A stretch of DNA of 64,000 nucleotides from Phoronis australis. Taxonomy: Eukaryota > Animalia > Phoronida. How positions within the stretch are numbered: position 1 is the stretch's first letter; each line of letters begins with the position of its first letter. Below the pieces are notes generated by a model. The model saw only the letters and a program-made list of their open reading frames with translations, ran no database searches and was not told the DNA's origin. The stretch lies in NCBI GenBank assembly GCA_002633005.1, contig NMRA01000403.1:58888-122887 (forward strand). Reading direction: 5' to 3'. Made by a program: the position numbers and the translations under genes. Shown here one piece after another: positions 11,872-24,733 of this stretch.

Positions 11872-14099
11872 TGACAGCTAATTACTATTCCCTGTATCTC
11901 TTACTTCACTTTATAAATGTTACCTGAGCTGCTTTTTTATTTTTGTGTTGATCGCCAGGTTTTTAATTTTACTATGACCAAAAACTGATTTAATGTATTG
12001 TAAATATGGTTGGGATCACACTAGGGATACGAGTTTAAAAGATGGTCGAAATTAATAGAGTGCAAGTCATTTCTAAAATTTACTTAGGAATGGGGTGCAA
12101 GTTTTAGTGGTAGTGTGCATAGGTTTTTGGCATTCCAGTATGTTAACTTAGAGATATGAATGATATGAATGTAGGTCAATGATCAGAAAGATTGCTAAAT
12201 AATACGCCACTGTGAAGACTGAGCCAAAGCAGAGGCCTTGATAAAAATGTTGTCGACTAGGGTTCATGAACTTTAGAATTGCGTTGGAAATGAATTTTTG
12301 GTAGAATGCTTGTTTCTTACATTTGAACGAAGAAGCTGCAATTATTTCGATTGCTCATAATGATCAACAAGTTAGTTTTAAAAACGCCAGCTACTACAAC
12401 ATTGTCCATATTGATATAATTATGTTAATATAATTATTAGCGTAGGTCGGTTGAACTTTATAAAGTTATTGTCAACACTCATCTCCACACAGCTATTAAT
12501 TCCTTACAACTGTGACTCTCAAATACATAATTAAATAGGTTTACCTGGTCACAAAACGCTCAATTCGCTCAATTCTTCTGTTGCACTTCTTGAAATGATT
12601 CTACTGATCAACTTTCGATCGTTGTTAGCCGCTGATAAGTTTCGTTTTGGCAATTACGTGCAATGCATATCGCATTTTATCAGTTAGAAATTGCGTGATC
12701 ACTGATTAATATCATTTTAGAGGTGGATGAAATTGACACTTACGAGACTGATTAATCGATAATTAGAGGCTATCGCATCGTCTTCGATAATAACACCGTT
12801 CTTGAAACCACGTGGTTTTGATACATCGTTGATATTGAAAATGTCTTGTGAAGGACCATTACTTGTAATTACAGACAGGGAAAATCTAGTCAAATTAATT
12901 CCATTTAGACATGTTATACACATCAATTTTGGTCAACTTCAGCATGCTGTTCCCTTTTTCAGTCCTGCCATTAAAATAATTACGCTAACTGCATTGACAT
13001 CTTGTCAGGAGCTCCCAAGTAGTGGCGAATAAAAACTTTCAGTAGCGCCGGAACTAATCGTAGTGCATGGCGGCGTCATCTTGAAGAGCAGTGATTTGAT
13101 TTGATTAATTTGACAATACACGTGAACAGCAACACTGAAGACTACATGTTATTTTTATATATGTATTTTTACATAAATCTCAACAGGCCCAGTAGTACAT
13201 TACAAACATGAACTTGCTATATAATAACATTTCTTGAAGTTTTAACCAGAATCTTGTAAAACAACAAGTGTACAGAGGAACCGTCATAATTCTCCTAACA
13301 CTGCGGCATTATTGATAATACGATGAAAGCGAAGCCTTGTTGTGAGAGCATGCGTAGAAATGTCTAAAGGGGAACAACCCTCTTCACAATTGTCGCATCA
13401 CGTCCCTGAACCTTGCAGTCATTCGATTATGCTTTACAAGAAAGAACACAATGCAAAACGCCGAACTCACCAGAGAGATTTTCAAAAATCTGTCTTAACC
13501 AGTCATCATTGCTTCGAAGGAAATCGCGTGCCATGATTTTTCATGTATTTTTTTGAAAGATTTATTTGCTGTTAGAGTTAGAAGTAACACTGATACTGCT
13601 ATTTTAGCAATTTTACTCCAAGGCATTTTAAAAATTGATAAAAATTGAACACGAAGCTTGCACAGACGAAACTTGTTACAACGTACATCAAGAAATATAT
13701 ATAAATACAGTTATTTTCAACTCAATCCTTAGTAGACCTGCATAGGAAAAATTTAGACTTTAATTTGTGTATTTTAGAACGCTGTAAACCCTATAAACAA
13801 GGTAGTAAAATGTATGCTGTAACGAGGTTTGACTGTATAGTACAAGTGTTTCGAACATATCTTGACTTACTGACACTCACAAAATGTAATACATGGGTTT
13901 TGGGGCACTTTTTGAAGGCATTTTTGATGTTTCATAGGTTGTATATTTTGATTGCCTATCAAAACACCTTTTAAGTGGTTACAGAAACGGTATGAATTTG
14001 TTCGATAGTGGAGTATGGAAAGCCTTAGCTGAAACAATTCCAGAACACGTAGTTCTCTTCAAAAATCGCTGCAGGACCAACCAACTAAAAATCAGTATA

Positions 14100-14575
14100 T
14101 ATCACGCTCGGACCTATGTAGGCCTATGGACCAAAATTCAACACGCCATGACCGAAAATTTATCATGCCAGAACAGGAGATTAATCACGCTAGGACAAGA
14201 AAGTTTTGTGCTAGGAGACCACGTGACCATGCAATGACGATTTGTTGTGTCTTTGCGGCAGTATTGAAATCTAATGTGTACAAAAGGCCAAGTGTATATT
14301 GGCTTTTAAAGCATCCAAGAGTCAAAAGAAATCCAATCTCATTACCACGATAATATGACTGTCATTGGCAAGTTATAATTGAACTTTTAGCCCATGTGTA
14401 CCTATAGTAGCGACGTTATCACGTTGAGGAGCCAATGCTGGTGGATGGTCACGTGGTCTCCTTGAGCGAAAAATTTCTGGCGTGATGAATTTTCGGTACT
14501 GGCGTGTTAATCTCTGGTTTTGAAATGTTAAATTGTCAGTCCTGACGTGATAAATTATAGGTCCTGACGTGATGG
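14100..14575. mobile_element. Degenerate MITE with imperfect inverted arms
   Basis: aggagaccacgtgaccat (~14212-14230) pairs with atggtcacgtggtctcct (~14445-14462); tcacgc motifs on the left arm are mirrored by gcgtga motifs on the right arm. Confidence 0.5.
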
Positions 14576-17500
14576 TAAATCAGTTTGGCCTTGATCAAGC
14601 CTGTGATAGACTGAATTGTTGTATCCCATTATGTGTTATCAATACCAGCTTAATTTTCGAATAGCACTGATTCTAATTGATTCATGTGTACGCTATTGCA
14701 TTCATTAGGAATGAAAAGAGACAATTGCACGATAATTTCTAATTTAGTGTCCATTAAATAAGACCCCCTAGTGTGTTGTAATCGAATAGCTTGCGTTTCC
14801 GTTTATGCTAAGATCCTCGAAAAAAGCAGGTGGGTACTGCGAGTAACAGATCTCTGAAAAAGAAAACTATAAACCCACAACTCTGGCTTGGCAGAACCAT
14901 TAGTCGAACTACCATCTTTGATTAGAGCTGGCGACCCCGAGAGTAACTGCGAGAGGTTGTATTGAGAATTTCCGGTTGTCTGATAGACTGAGTTTTGATC
15001 GTGTGTTTTAGGAATTAAAACAAGTCTAATTTCATTGCTTCATTTTCATTTTCTCATTTTTGTTCATCAAGCGAGATTATTGAGGTAGGCTTACGTTTCC
15101 GGACAACCAGCGATTTCTCCTCCAAATTAAATTCACCAACAAACCCGCAATAAACTTCACTGGTCATTCCTTTAAAGTTAACCCTTATTACATGGTTAGA
15201 GGATGTTATAAGGATCCAAGAAGTACCTACCCCATAACTAATACACGATCCGTACTCGAAAAAAGTTTAAATGAACGCGCCACTGACGATTCGCACCCGA
15301 AGAACCATCGCCATTTTGAACTTGCCGCGAACCCGGAAGTACAATTCATTCAGGAACCCAGGCCGAGAAAACGCCGTCAGTGCGACTAGTAGAGCAGTGC
15401 CTGTACTGTTACCAGCCAGCAAACGGGGATAAAATAATCGACAGCGCGCCTTAATTTTAATAAAATCAAAATACGTACAATTTTATCGAATTTGCTAAAG
15501 AAATGTGGTGAATAAATTTTGACAGAAATTATTTTGCCAGACTCGGGACCGCAGCCTATCGGACCCGGTGCCGATCGAGACCAGACACTGGCGAAAGGTA
15601 AACGCGTGCGGTTGCAAGCTGTTTTGTCGAAGTAAAATGGTCAAATCATAAATGCTGCATATATTCAAGGGTAGTTTCAGACACTTGCAGGAAATTACGG
15701 GCTGGTTAGTCATGTGTCACACTGCCTCGGCACACCTTAGTTAGCCTCAGTGCCAGCTACCAGTGAAGACTATCGTCAAAATACAGTTTGTTAGTAGGCC
15801 TATACAGCTTTGCGCCAAGGCTACCCTTAGGCCTAACTGGTCGCTGGCCGCAGTGCTCGCTCAAACGAGGTTTATTTAGAACTTGGGTACTTCTGGCGAA
15901 CTGTGCAAAGTTATTGGCCTTCAATAGAGATTTTCCCAGACTTAGTGTATGACGAGCGCATCAAGCCTAAAAGAATGGGGGGCTAGAATTTTTGGGAATG
16001 TCTATCTTTTACTATAAGATTCAGTGGGTATGTTCAGAGCTATGAATTGCAGACGCTAAATTTTGGTACTTCCTGTCTTCTAGTGGAATTTTGTCTCCTT
16101 TTCTACTTTTTTCGGAATTCGTGCTTCTGTGACTGAGGCAGACCTTTTTCCAGTTCTCGTTAGAGCACATAAGTATGAGAAGTCCAATACAAAAATGTTA
16201 TCATTTTTATTCATAAACCCAAAATGATTCAAACTTTTAACATAATACGTAACTTAAAATGCACAATACTTTACAACATTTAGCATTACAAACACTATTC
16301 AACAGCAAGTTTCCATGATATGAAAGTGGACATACATATAACTATTACCATGGTGACGGAATAGTGTTTCCTTACACCAGAATTTGACAAGCATCATTTA
16401 AAAAAATATGAAGTTGCAAGGAACAAGAATTAGAGGCTTGAAGCTTCACAATCCAACATAGTTTATTTCTCAAATTAAGATTATTCATATTGTTGACTTG
16501 ATAACCTGAATTAAAAAGCAATAAGGTACAAAACATGACTTGAAAGCAATTGAGACTGAAAAATATGAATCATTTTGTGACAGCGAATCAATTTCTGAAT
16601 AGCAGTTGACAGTCAAACAAAAAACCATTTCAAAATTATTTCAACTATTTTTTTAGCTTTGTGTAAGATCACCTGAATGGCCCGGGGAAATTTACAGTGA
16701 AATAATTCGAATACATCTTATATTTTTGCACAAAAAAACACGAAAATTGAACAAAGTTTCTTTTTTGTAGCAACGTTTGTCAAAATGTATCAACGTTTAT
16801 TCTTCAGAAATTACGAAGTAGCCGATTGAATATGCCTTTCAGTTCAGCAAAAGTCGCCATGTTGTCGGTGCCGCCAGAAATGAGACGAAATCCAATGGGA
16901 ATTGTGAGCACATTTATCACTTAATGAGTAACAACTGCGAGGCTGAAATTTGGTGAACACTGTTGAATCGTGCAGAATAGTAAGTAAAGATATGTCTAAC
17001 TAAATTTCACCGTAATTTGTTGGCGAAAACAATTTACACAAAGTTTAAAACTCGTAACTGTCCTTCAATATGGCCGACGCGATCCAAACAAAGTGACCCA
17101 AATTTCGCCACAAAACTTGCAATATCTTTACACTGCTTGCCCCGATTTCGATACTTTTTTCGATTTTTACTGAGTAGAATGTACTACCTTTCCGATGATA
17201 TCAAAGTACTTTTTCAAAACGAGAAAAAAATAAAACCGAAAAAAATGGTTCGACTCATATTGGTTCGTAGGTTCGACGGGCCTACGTAAGGAACTAAACA
17301 CCAATGCTATTTTAACATACTAAGTACGCGTAACATTCCAAAAAAATCAACGACCACTAATCACAAACTATAAATACAGTACATATGCAAACGAATCACG
17401 AGATATTATTAATAAAACAAAATAACAAGTAATGAAGACTTGTCGAGCAAGCGGTAGCACATTCAGTTACAAGGAAAAAATGGCGGCGTTCAGGACAAGT

Positions 17501-17759
17501 TCCTGAACTGATGAGTCGGAAATGTGGGTACGGAAATAACCGATGACAACCGGTAATCATACGCTCAGAGAGAAGGGTCAAATACTGTTCAAAAATCGCT
17601 TTTGGCAAGAAAGGCGAAAAGAATATAAAGAAAGGGTGTCGAAAATAAGATTTTATGTAGTAAGTATTTTCGGATACTGGAACCACATGGGCAGTTTGAG
17701 AGAAGGACTTTCACCACCGGCCTTTTGCCCTGGCTAGATGCCGTGAATAGTCAAACGAA

Positions 17760-18200
17760 CTCCAAAGATAAAGAGGAAAACGAGAAAACTGAAATTGCCA
17801 CTAGGGGTCTCAGTGTTAGTCAGATCCGTCCATAAGTCATCATCCATTGTCATCTTCCTACAAATACACTTGCCAAATTTAGAAAGATCCTGCAGAGGAT
17901 TTAGGGGATAACTACAAGGACACAAAAAACTGCCACCAGAACATGCTACAGAAGTCCTAGGCGTCAGAAAAATTATCGCCAACTGCTCTATTCCCAATAG
18001 GAACATATTTGCCACTTTTCATAAACATCCTTAGAGTGGTTTGGATGATAGAGAGGCGGACTCAAAAATGAGCAAAACGGCCACCGGGTGACGTGCACAT
18101 CGCCAAACTCATCTGAAAACGAAAAGGTGTCATCGCCTCTTTAAAAGAAAACTATTTGCCAAATTTCATAAAAATCCGTGGAGGAACTCCTAAGATACTT
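17760..18200 (-). repeat. Diverged, inverted copy of the repeat family found at 31040-32190
   Basis: aaattgccactaggggt, atacacttgccaaatttagaaagatcctgcagagg and aaaactgccaccag are reverse complements of segments of the 31.0-32.2 kb array. Confidence 0.65.
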
Positions 18201-21200
18201 ATATCTAAAAAATAAATGTGTTTAGGAAAGTAAAGCGACGCCGTTGTAATACCTTCATTTCTGTTTGGATTGTCTTGGTGTTGTAAGATTTGGATTTCAT
18301 ATGGCAAAGTCAGTCGTTTTTATTCATTAGAGTTAAAAAAATTGGTTAATTCCATTCTATCACTCCCCATTTAGTTCGCAATACTGTAATGAAACTTGAC
18401 GTACGCCACTTTTCATTTTAGTGAGAGATAAATTTGTCAAAAGCAGAATTTTTACTCGTATTTAAATCGATTAAAAAGTTTGAAAATGCTAGTGATATAT
18501 TAAGTGAAAGCTACCAAACTTATCATGCACACCTTCTAACATGCCCCGGTCCCTGGATGTCGTTGTACCTCAAAGTGCTATTGCAAGCAAGGTTTTGTTG
18601 TATGACAAAACACGTGCGCAAAAACAAAAAGATATAATCTCTGAAGGTCTGTGAACATAACCAAACAAGGGAATGATACAGGGTCTAAAACAGAAATGTA
18701 AATCATTTTAATCTGCAATTCTTTTTTCTACGAAATCCAGGTATAGCAACAGCAATGTGTTCCATGGCGACGAGAATCTTGCGGAAGCGGAATGTCTCGC
18801 AACTACACAAAACTGATCTTGCTCTCGGTGGCATTTTTGAAACTGTGCTCTGGAACCGGGTTTGAAGCCATGTGGAGGGATATACATGTAGACGGACACT
18901 AGAAAGATTGGCGAGTTTATTCTTCACCTCGCTTTTTCCTATCAAACACATTTCGCCGGCGCGTCAATTCTCGATGGCTCATACAGTATATTGTCAAAAC
19001 TAAATTGTAATGAATTAAATAAAAAAATATTTGGTCATAAAAGTAAAACGATGTCCTGAAAGCTGTAACCGAAGTATGAAACGTTTTTAATGTTTTCAAG
19101 GGAAGTTTACAGCTGAACGACACAATACCTATCAACTTTGGTGTCATTCATGTAAGTGGTCCTGCTTGAACTTAGTTGTACTCTCACTGGTCGTGACGTC
19201 GGAGTTACAACTGCTGAAGACAAAAAGTTACAAATTCAACCGAGGCATTGAAGTGCAGCAGCCAGATACCAACGTCAATACACCATCTAGATAAACAACC
19301 CGTCTTTTGGAAACACGTGACCCAGTATTGAAGAGATCGTAGAGATCGATCTTCATGGGAACTACATGAATGGAGTATTTTCACAAAACTGAACTGCATG
19401 GAGGCTACGACGAAGTCAGATACAGGTACATGTAGTTCGTCAGTCTTGATTCGTAGACAGAGATTTGTCTCAGTGGTCATGGTCTCTCAAAAAAATTGAC
19501 GGATAGTTTAGTGTTTCTGTTTCCTGTCCGTCAACTTTCAGCGTAATTTCTTTCGATTTGGCACAACTTGTACTGCTTTTCACTATCAGGCTCTACCTGC
19601 CCGGTTATGCCGTGATTGACGCGAACACTACCGGTCGTAGCATGAGAATATCCATAGGTGAAAGTGACATGTAAAGTGTTGCTATAAATCTGTCTAAATA
19701 GTAAACACGTACAACTGCACGTGCGAGTTTTCTGTTTCACCTGCTGAAACGAGCCCTAAAAGCAAAATTGACATCAGCAGCAATTTTGTGCGCCGAAACC
19801 CAAATTTTGACGTTTTCCAGTTTATTTTGGAAACTCCTGATGCTAGTCTTTGCACCTTTGCACAGAATGTTGTATTGTAATACGTTGGTATGCTTGAGAA
19901 CATAAAAATAGACCTATCCATGCAGATGTTGATGTTATAGCAACGTTACATACTGTGCGTATCTTTAAAACCCATCCACTGACCATTTTCGCTCTAACGT
20001 CCATAAGGTCCACCTACACAAACATAAAAATATGACTTGTTTTGCGTGACTAACTTTCCCCAAAAAATTGTGCTCATAACTCGATGATTACGCTATTTGG
20101 TATGAAACTGAAGTCACAAAAAGCCAAACATTTTACAAAACCCTTGAAAACGTCAAACGAAATATTGCTTTATGCACTACTTATTTTGAAAAGATGACTA
20201 CTGTGTTCAGAGTAGTCTCAGCAACCGAAACAAAATAGCTTTTTTATAATGAACAGGTAAGACAACTATTCCAAGTTTAAGGAGACCACGCCCTGCTTCA
20301 CTAGAGAATGCTTGCTTCCCAACTAGTTTCTGTAAAGGTAAAACAGAGTTATTTTTTATCCTGTCAGCACGTTTACTTAGCCACAAAAAATATTCCAAGT
20401 TAAATCATTGGATGTGGTCTGTTTAAACTTAGAAATGGGTAGAAACAATCACAAAGTGTGGTCAGAGAGAGTATCAAGAATAAAAACAAATCCTTATACA
20501 ATGTACTGTAACACTTTTCAGACTGTTAAGCTTCTTGTTGTGGATTTGTTCGACCATTGTTTCCGATGTCACATGTGGCAGTATTTTTTGACAGAAGTCG
20601 TCATATGCCGTGGCGCGTGCAGTAAAAATGGCCAGTTACTGATTTGGGAAACTGAAAGTAGTACTTACTGCTAAAAACGGATTGATTATGGGAATATGGG
20701 TTCGAGTTGGAAGGAATTAAAAACATCACGACGGCCTCCTAAAGTCTCCCTCTATGTGCAAAAGTTACTTGTAACAACATGGCTTTGATGGTTCAATCAG
20801 TGTGAAGCATAATTACCCGAAAAGCTTGCGACGCATGAGAGCCCTAGAGGAGCTGGACCGTCCCAACTGCCAAGTAGATACGGTGGCACTACCTGTTCTC
20901 GTGCCTGTAGTACACCGGACTGTAGATTCCCTAATTTGGCCTTGAAAGACTGCGAAATATGGTTTGATAGCATTTTCACGCATTTCTTGGTGGAATTAAA
21001 CAAAAATCAACAAAAAGGTATTAAAATGTGTTCATTTTTACCTCTAGTAATAATTGCGCAAAGTACTTAATTCGGACCAATAGTCGATCAATAAATGTTG
21101 GCTGTGTTATAGATTTACGACCAGATAGTTGACTTGGCTTGTGGGATAACGGCCGGTGAGTTTTTAGGTAAGATTTTGCCTGAGAGTTTTTCAGGTATGT

Positions 21201-23134
21201 GCAAATATTTTTACTGTTTTCAATTGTTTCTATAATGATCCATTTGTACAATGTGTTTTTCCAAATTCGTAAAACTGAAAATTTGTGAGCAGTGAATGTT
21301 ATCTGTAGTATTTGCCGTGAAATGAAATTTAAAAAATGAGAAATTAATCTAATTTTGTAAAAGAATCCAATGTAATACTTTGTGTTGCAGAAAGCGTACA
21401 CTGTAGTTGCCGATTATCCCATTCTTGGCGGTCTACGTCACTATTTTCCTTTTTTTTTTTGGCGCCATCCCTCCACACTATCAAAATGTCCCGCTTTTGA
21501 CAAACGCTGAAATTGAAATCATACTATTGTAAATTCCCACGAGGCATAACCTTATTTTCCCATTCGACGTAAAACACAAAATGGTGGTTTTATGGGATTT
21601 TGAGGCATCGGTGACCAGCAATTTCTCATTTGACCAAAAAAACACCCGTCGATACTTTTGTGTGTTACATGTACGTCTTCCGTTCTACAAAAATGCTGTC
21701 TTGAAGTTTTTATGTGGTGCAGCGAACATTTCCCCTCAGATGTCCTGCTTTTTATCCGGAAACCCCGCTTTTCAATTCAGTTGTCCTGTTTTTTCTCTTT
21801 CTCTCAGTCAAATGTTGGCAACCATGCAACAGGTGGTCAAAACAACATTGTCTCTTAGTCGTGAACATTGTTATTTTCCAAACCCCACTTTCTTTAATAA
21901 CCTAAGAATGGTAAAAATGTGTTCCAATGTCTCTTGTTTAAAGTAGGGTAGCGTACACCTCATGTATCAGGGCGATAAGTAATTTTTAATTTCATGATGG
22001 AAAGTCTTACAACGCAACCTGTGTAGTGATCTATCCACAGTACACTTCAAAGCTACGCCGAATAGATGTTTGCACGTTCATTATTTTTTCAGAAACTAAG
22101 TCTTTGTCTGCAAATTTCGAATAGGTAGTTGGAGTAATTTATCACATTTTTGTAAATGTCACTGGCCTCGTCTGAATTTTTACTAAAGAAACGTGAAAAG
22201 GCACCAAAGGTCCAAGTAACAGATTAAGATGTTTAATTTTGAATGAATGTCTAACAGCAATGACTGCGAGGGATCCATATTCTAAAATATTTGTCTGGAT
22301 AGGGTAGAAATGATTTGAATCGAAATTATTTACCTGCTAGTACGGTTATTTACAAAGCATCCTCGTTCAGTTTCCTGCTATTACATCTTGTCGCATTTTG
22401 GTAACACTTTAATTGGTTTTTAGAATTGAAAAATGATGTTTAAACCCGTCAGGTATGCGAAATGTAGTTTTATATTACCGTATTTATTGTTTGCCTCTTG
22501 TATAACCATAAGAACTGACGAAGGGGTTTCTAATGATATTAATGTGACTCTTATCTAATTCGAATGAAAAACGGCGGAGTTGCGAAAAGTTTTTGTGGCA
22601 TTAAATTTCACACAAATATGTAACCACTGACACACGAACAAACGAATGCAAACAAAGGCCACCGCCTCCTAGTGTCTCAATAACTTTTTACACTCGCCAC
22701 GTTTAAGAAGCTAACGAGGTATGACATATGTGACGTACTATTTAATTTAAAAATGAGATCATAAACTCGTCTTTCCCGGCGTCGTGGCCGCGGCTTTTTT
22801 CTTGACAAAAATCTCTGTCAATAAAGTACATGTATGTCAAGCCTCAACTGGTTCAAATAACGTTTATATTTGACACGATCATATTCGGCGAGAAATAATC
22901 TGTGCGCTGCCAAAGTGGCCAATGTCTAGTCGGATGAAGTAGGTCTCATCTGCAATAAATTAAATCTTGAGTTCATTGCATGTTTCAGATAACTCAGCTC
23001 GGTTACGTTTTATCACCAGTTCGAATAGTTTAATCCTGTCGGACCAGCTCCGACACCTCGTAGCAAGGGAACTTAAATAGTCACGAGAGGCCCGAGGTCG
23101 CGTTTGTGGCGAACTTGTACACTGTCTGCGTAGA

Positions 23135-23272
23135 GTTAAGTAACGCTAAGACCCGGTCTAACCTGGTTCCAGGACTTCGCAAACATCACGTGCTCTTCTT
23201 CAAAGTCCACAGCAATATCTCGTATAATCCCGCGAAGTCTTGCTTTCTAGCAAGGTCCTAGCGTTCTTGAGC
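23135..23272. mobile_element. ~130-140-bp MITE family, copy 2 (diverged), next to the putative first exon of the coiled-coil gene
   Basis: gttaagtaacgctaaga...tcctagcgttcttgagc; the internal cacagcaatatctcgtataatc is shared with the 8450 and 44616 copies. Confidence 0.7.
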
Positions 23273-23279
23273 TCTATCC

Positions 23280-23397
23280 GGGGATTCGGAGTTGAACCGG
23301 AGGTTGTGAAACTCTGGGAAGGAATAGGAATTTGCCTCCAAGGACGCTGGTGTCTGTGAGCATTCGTGACTATCATTTTAGTGACTTCGGTCTCAAG
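23280..23397 (+). other. Putative non-coding first (5'UTR) exon of the coiled-coil gene; 5' boundary unknown
   Basis: Consensus donor AAG|GTAAGT at 23397/23398 in a GC-richer patch. The next exon (24661) begins with an acceptor and has an in-frame TGA before its ATG, so an upstream UTR exon is required. Confidence 0.45.
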
Positions 23398-24682
23398 GTA
23401 AGTAGACTATCGATGCCTTGTTGAATGTACGTAAGTTTTTATTGCGAAAGACATTGCGGAGCTCGCAAGAAGACCTCAGAAGTAAAAGTGTATGTGCCAT
23501 GCCATAGTTACTCGTCTATGACTGTGGCTTATGGCTCTCTGATGCAGGGTGTAAGAGGAGCTATGGATTATGGATAATGCAATGCATGGATTTTGCCCTG
23601 AAATTTATCAGCACTGAGTGTGGTATAAAATCTGAGAAACAAGAGTCTAACACCTTCTACGTCGATCATAGACAGTGACCATCGTCTCTAGCTCAGTAGC
23701 TGGCTGACTGGTAGCCTTGGTACAAAGCTGTATATAAATATACAGCTTTGCACCGGTGTGGGTAAAAAAGTGGTAAGATAAAATCTGACACAAAAGTAGT
23801 GTCATTAAAAACTACAGTCTTCCTTGAGTAAACAAAATTATTTAACAGTGTTGGAAAAAATGGCGTTCTACCGTTATTCTGCTGCTAAAGTTGTGGAGCG
23901 ATCTTTAGCGACGGCTTTCGGCGCCATGAAATATTGCGTCACCTATTGGCCAGTTTCTTTTTTCGCCGATTCTTCAGTCAACTGCTGTTCTTTCACGAGC
24001 TTGTGTACACGTCACAACAAATTGTTGGAACTGGTTTCACTTCATTATAATTTTTTAGAATTCCGATACCAAAAAAACGAATTTCCGAACAAATTTTGCT
24101 TCTCTGAAGTTGTCACGAAAATTTTAGGAAATGGTGCGTGCATGTGACACGAGCGTATTGTTTTCGAAACGACAACATACTTTTCATTGTTAGAAAAGGC
24201 GGAGAGTTACGCAAGAAAATGATGTTTATTGCATTATTTTTCACTTAAACGGCTGTAACGGGCAAGGTGAGTATCGGTTGATTCCCAGATTTTGCATGTG
24301 CACCCCGTCCGGTCTTTAAGTTTACATTTTGATAGAAATGACGAGCAGAACTACCCTGGCTGCGTGCAATTTCGGGGTCTACGGAAGAAATACACACAGT
24401 GGTACCTAGCTGTATTTTGACGACAGTCTTCATACAGCTAGCTCACTAGCTGGCTGGCTAGCTGACTGGCCGAGTAGTCAGAGACGGTGAAGCATAGGCG
24501 CTTCATGTACGCCGGAAGCTTTTCGGCGAGTTTTGCCTCACATCAATTAAACAGTCAAAGTCATGTTGTTATAAGTTCCTTTTGTGAGATTGTAACCTCT
24601 TACTTTTTACAAAATTCTGTAAAAGAAAGTTGTTTCTCTTTAAGGGTTGTGTGTTCACAGAATTAAGTGATCCCCATCCATT

Positions 24683-24733
24683 ATGCCATCATATGCAGAA
24701 GAAAATGTTGTGCTCAGAGAGAAAATTGCTGAG
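24683..24733 (+). CDS. Coiled-coil gene, coding exon 1 (MPSYAEENVVLREKIAE)
   Basis: Acceptor cacag at 24660, in-frame upstream TGA, donor GAG|gtcagt. Confidence 0.75.

Noticed and set aside
17489-17555. Hammerhead-ribozyme-like string: hairpin gttcagga-caagt-tcctgaac followed by CTGATGAG and a tcgg...ccga stem
   Set aside because: No GAAA after stem II (reads tgacaa) and no NUH cleavage triplet or stem III, so the core is incomplete.
19200-20940. GC-richer, coding-looking patches at ~19.2-19.5 kb and ~20.8-20.9 kb
   Set aside because: Frames are interrupted by stops, there are no recognisable motifs, and no consistent exon chain could be built.
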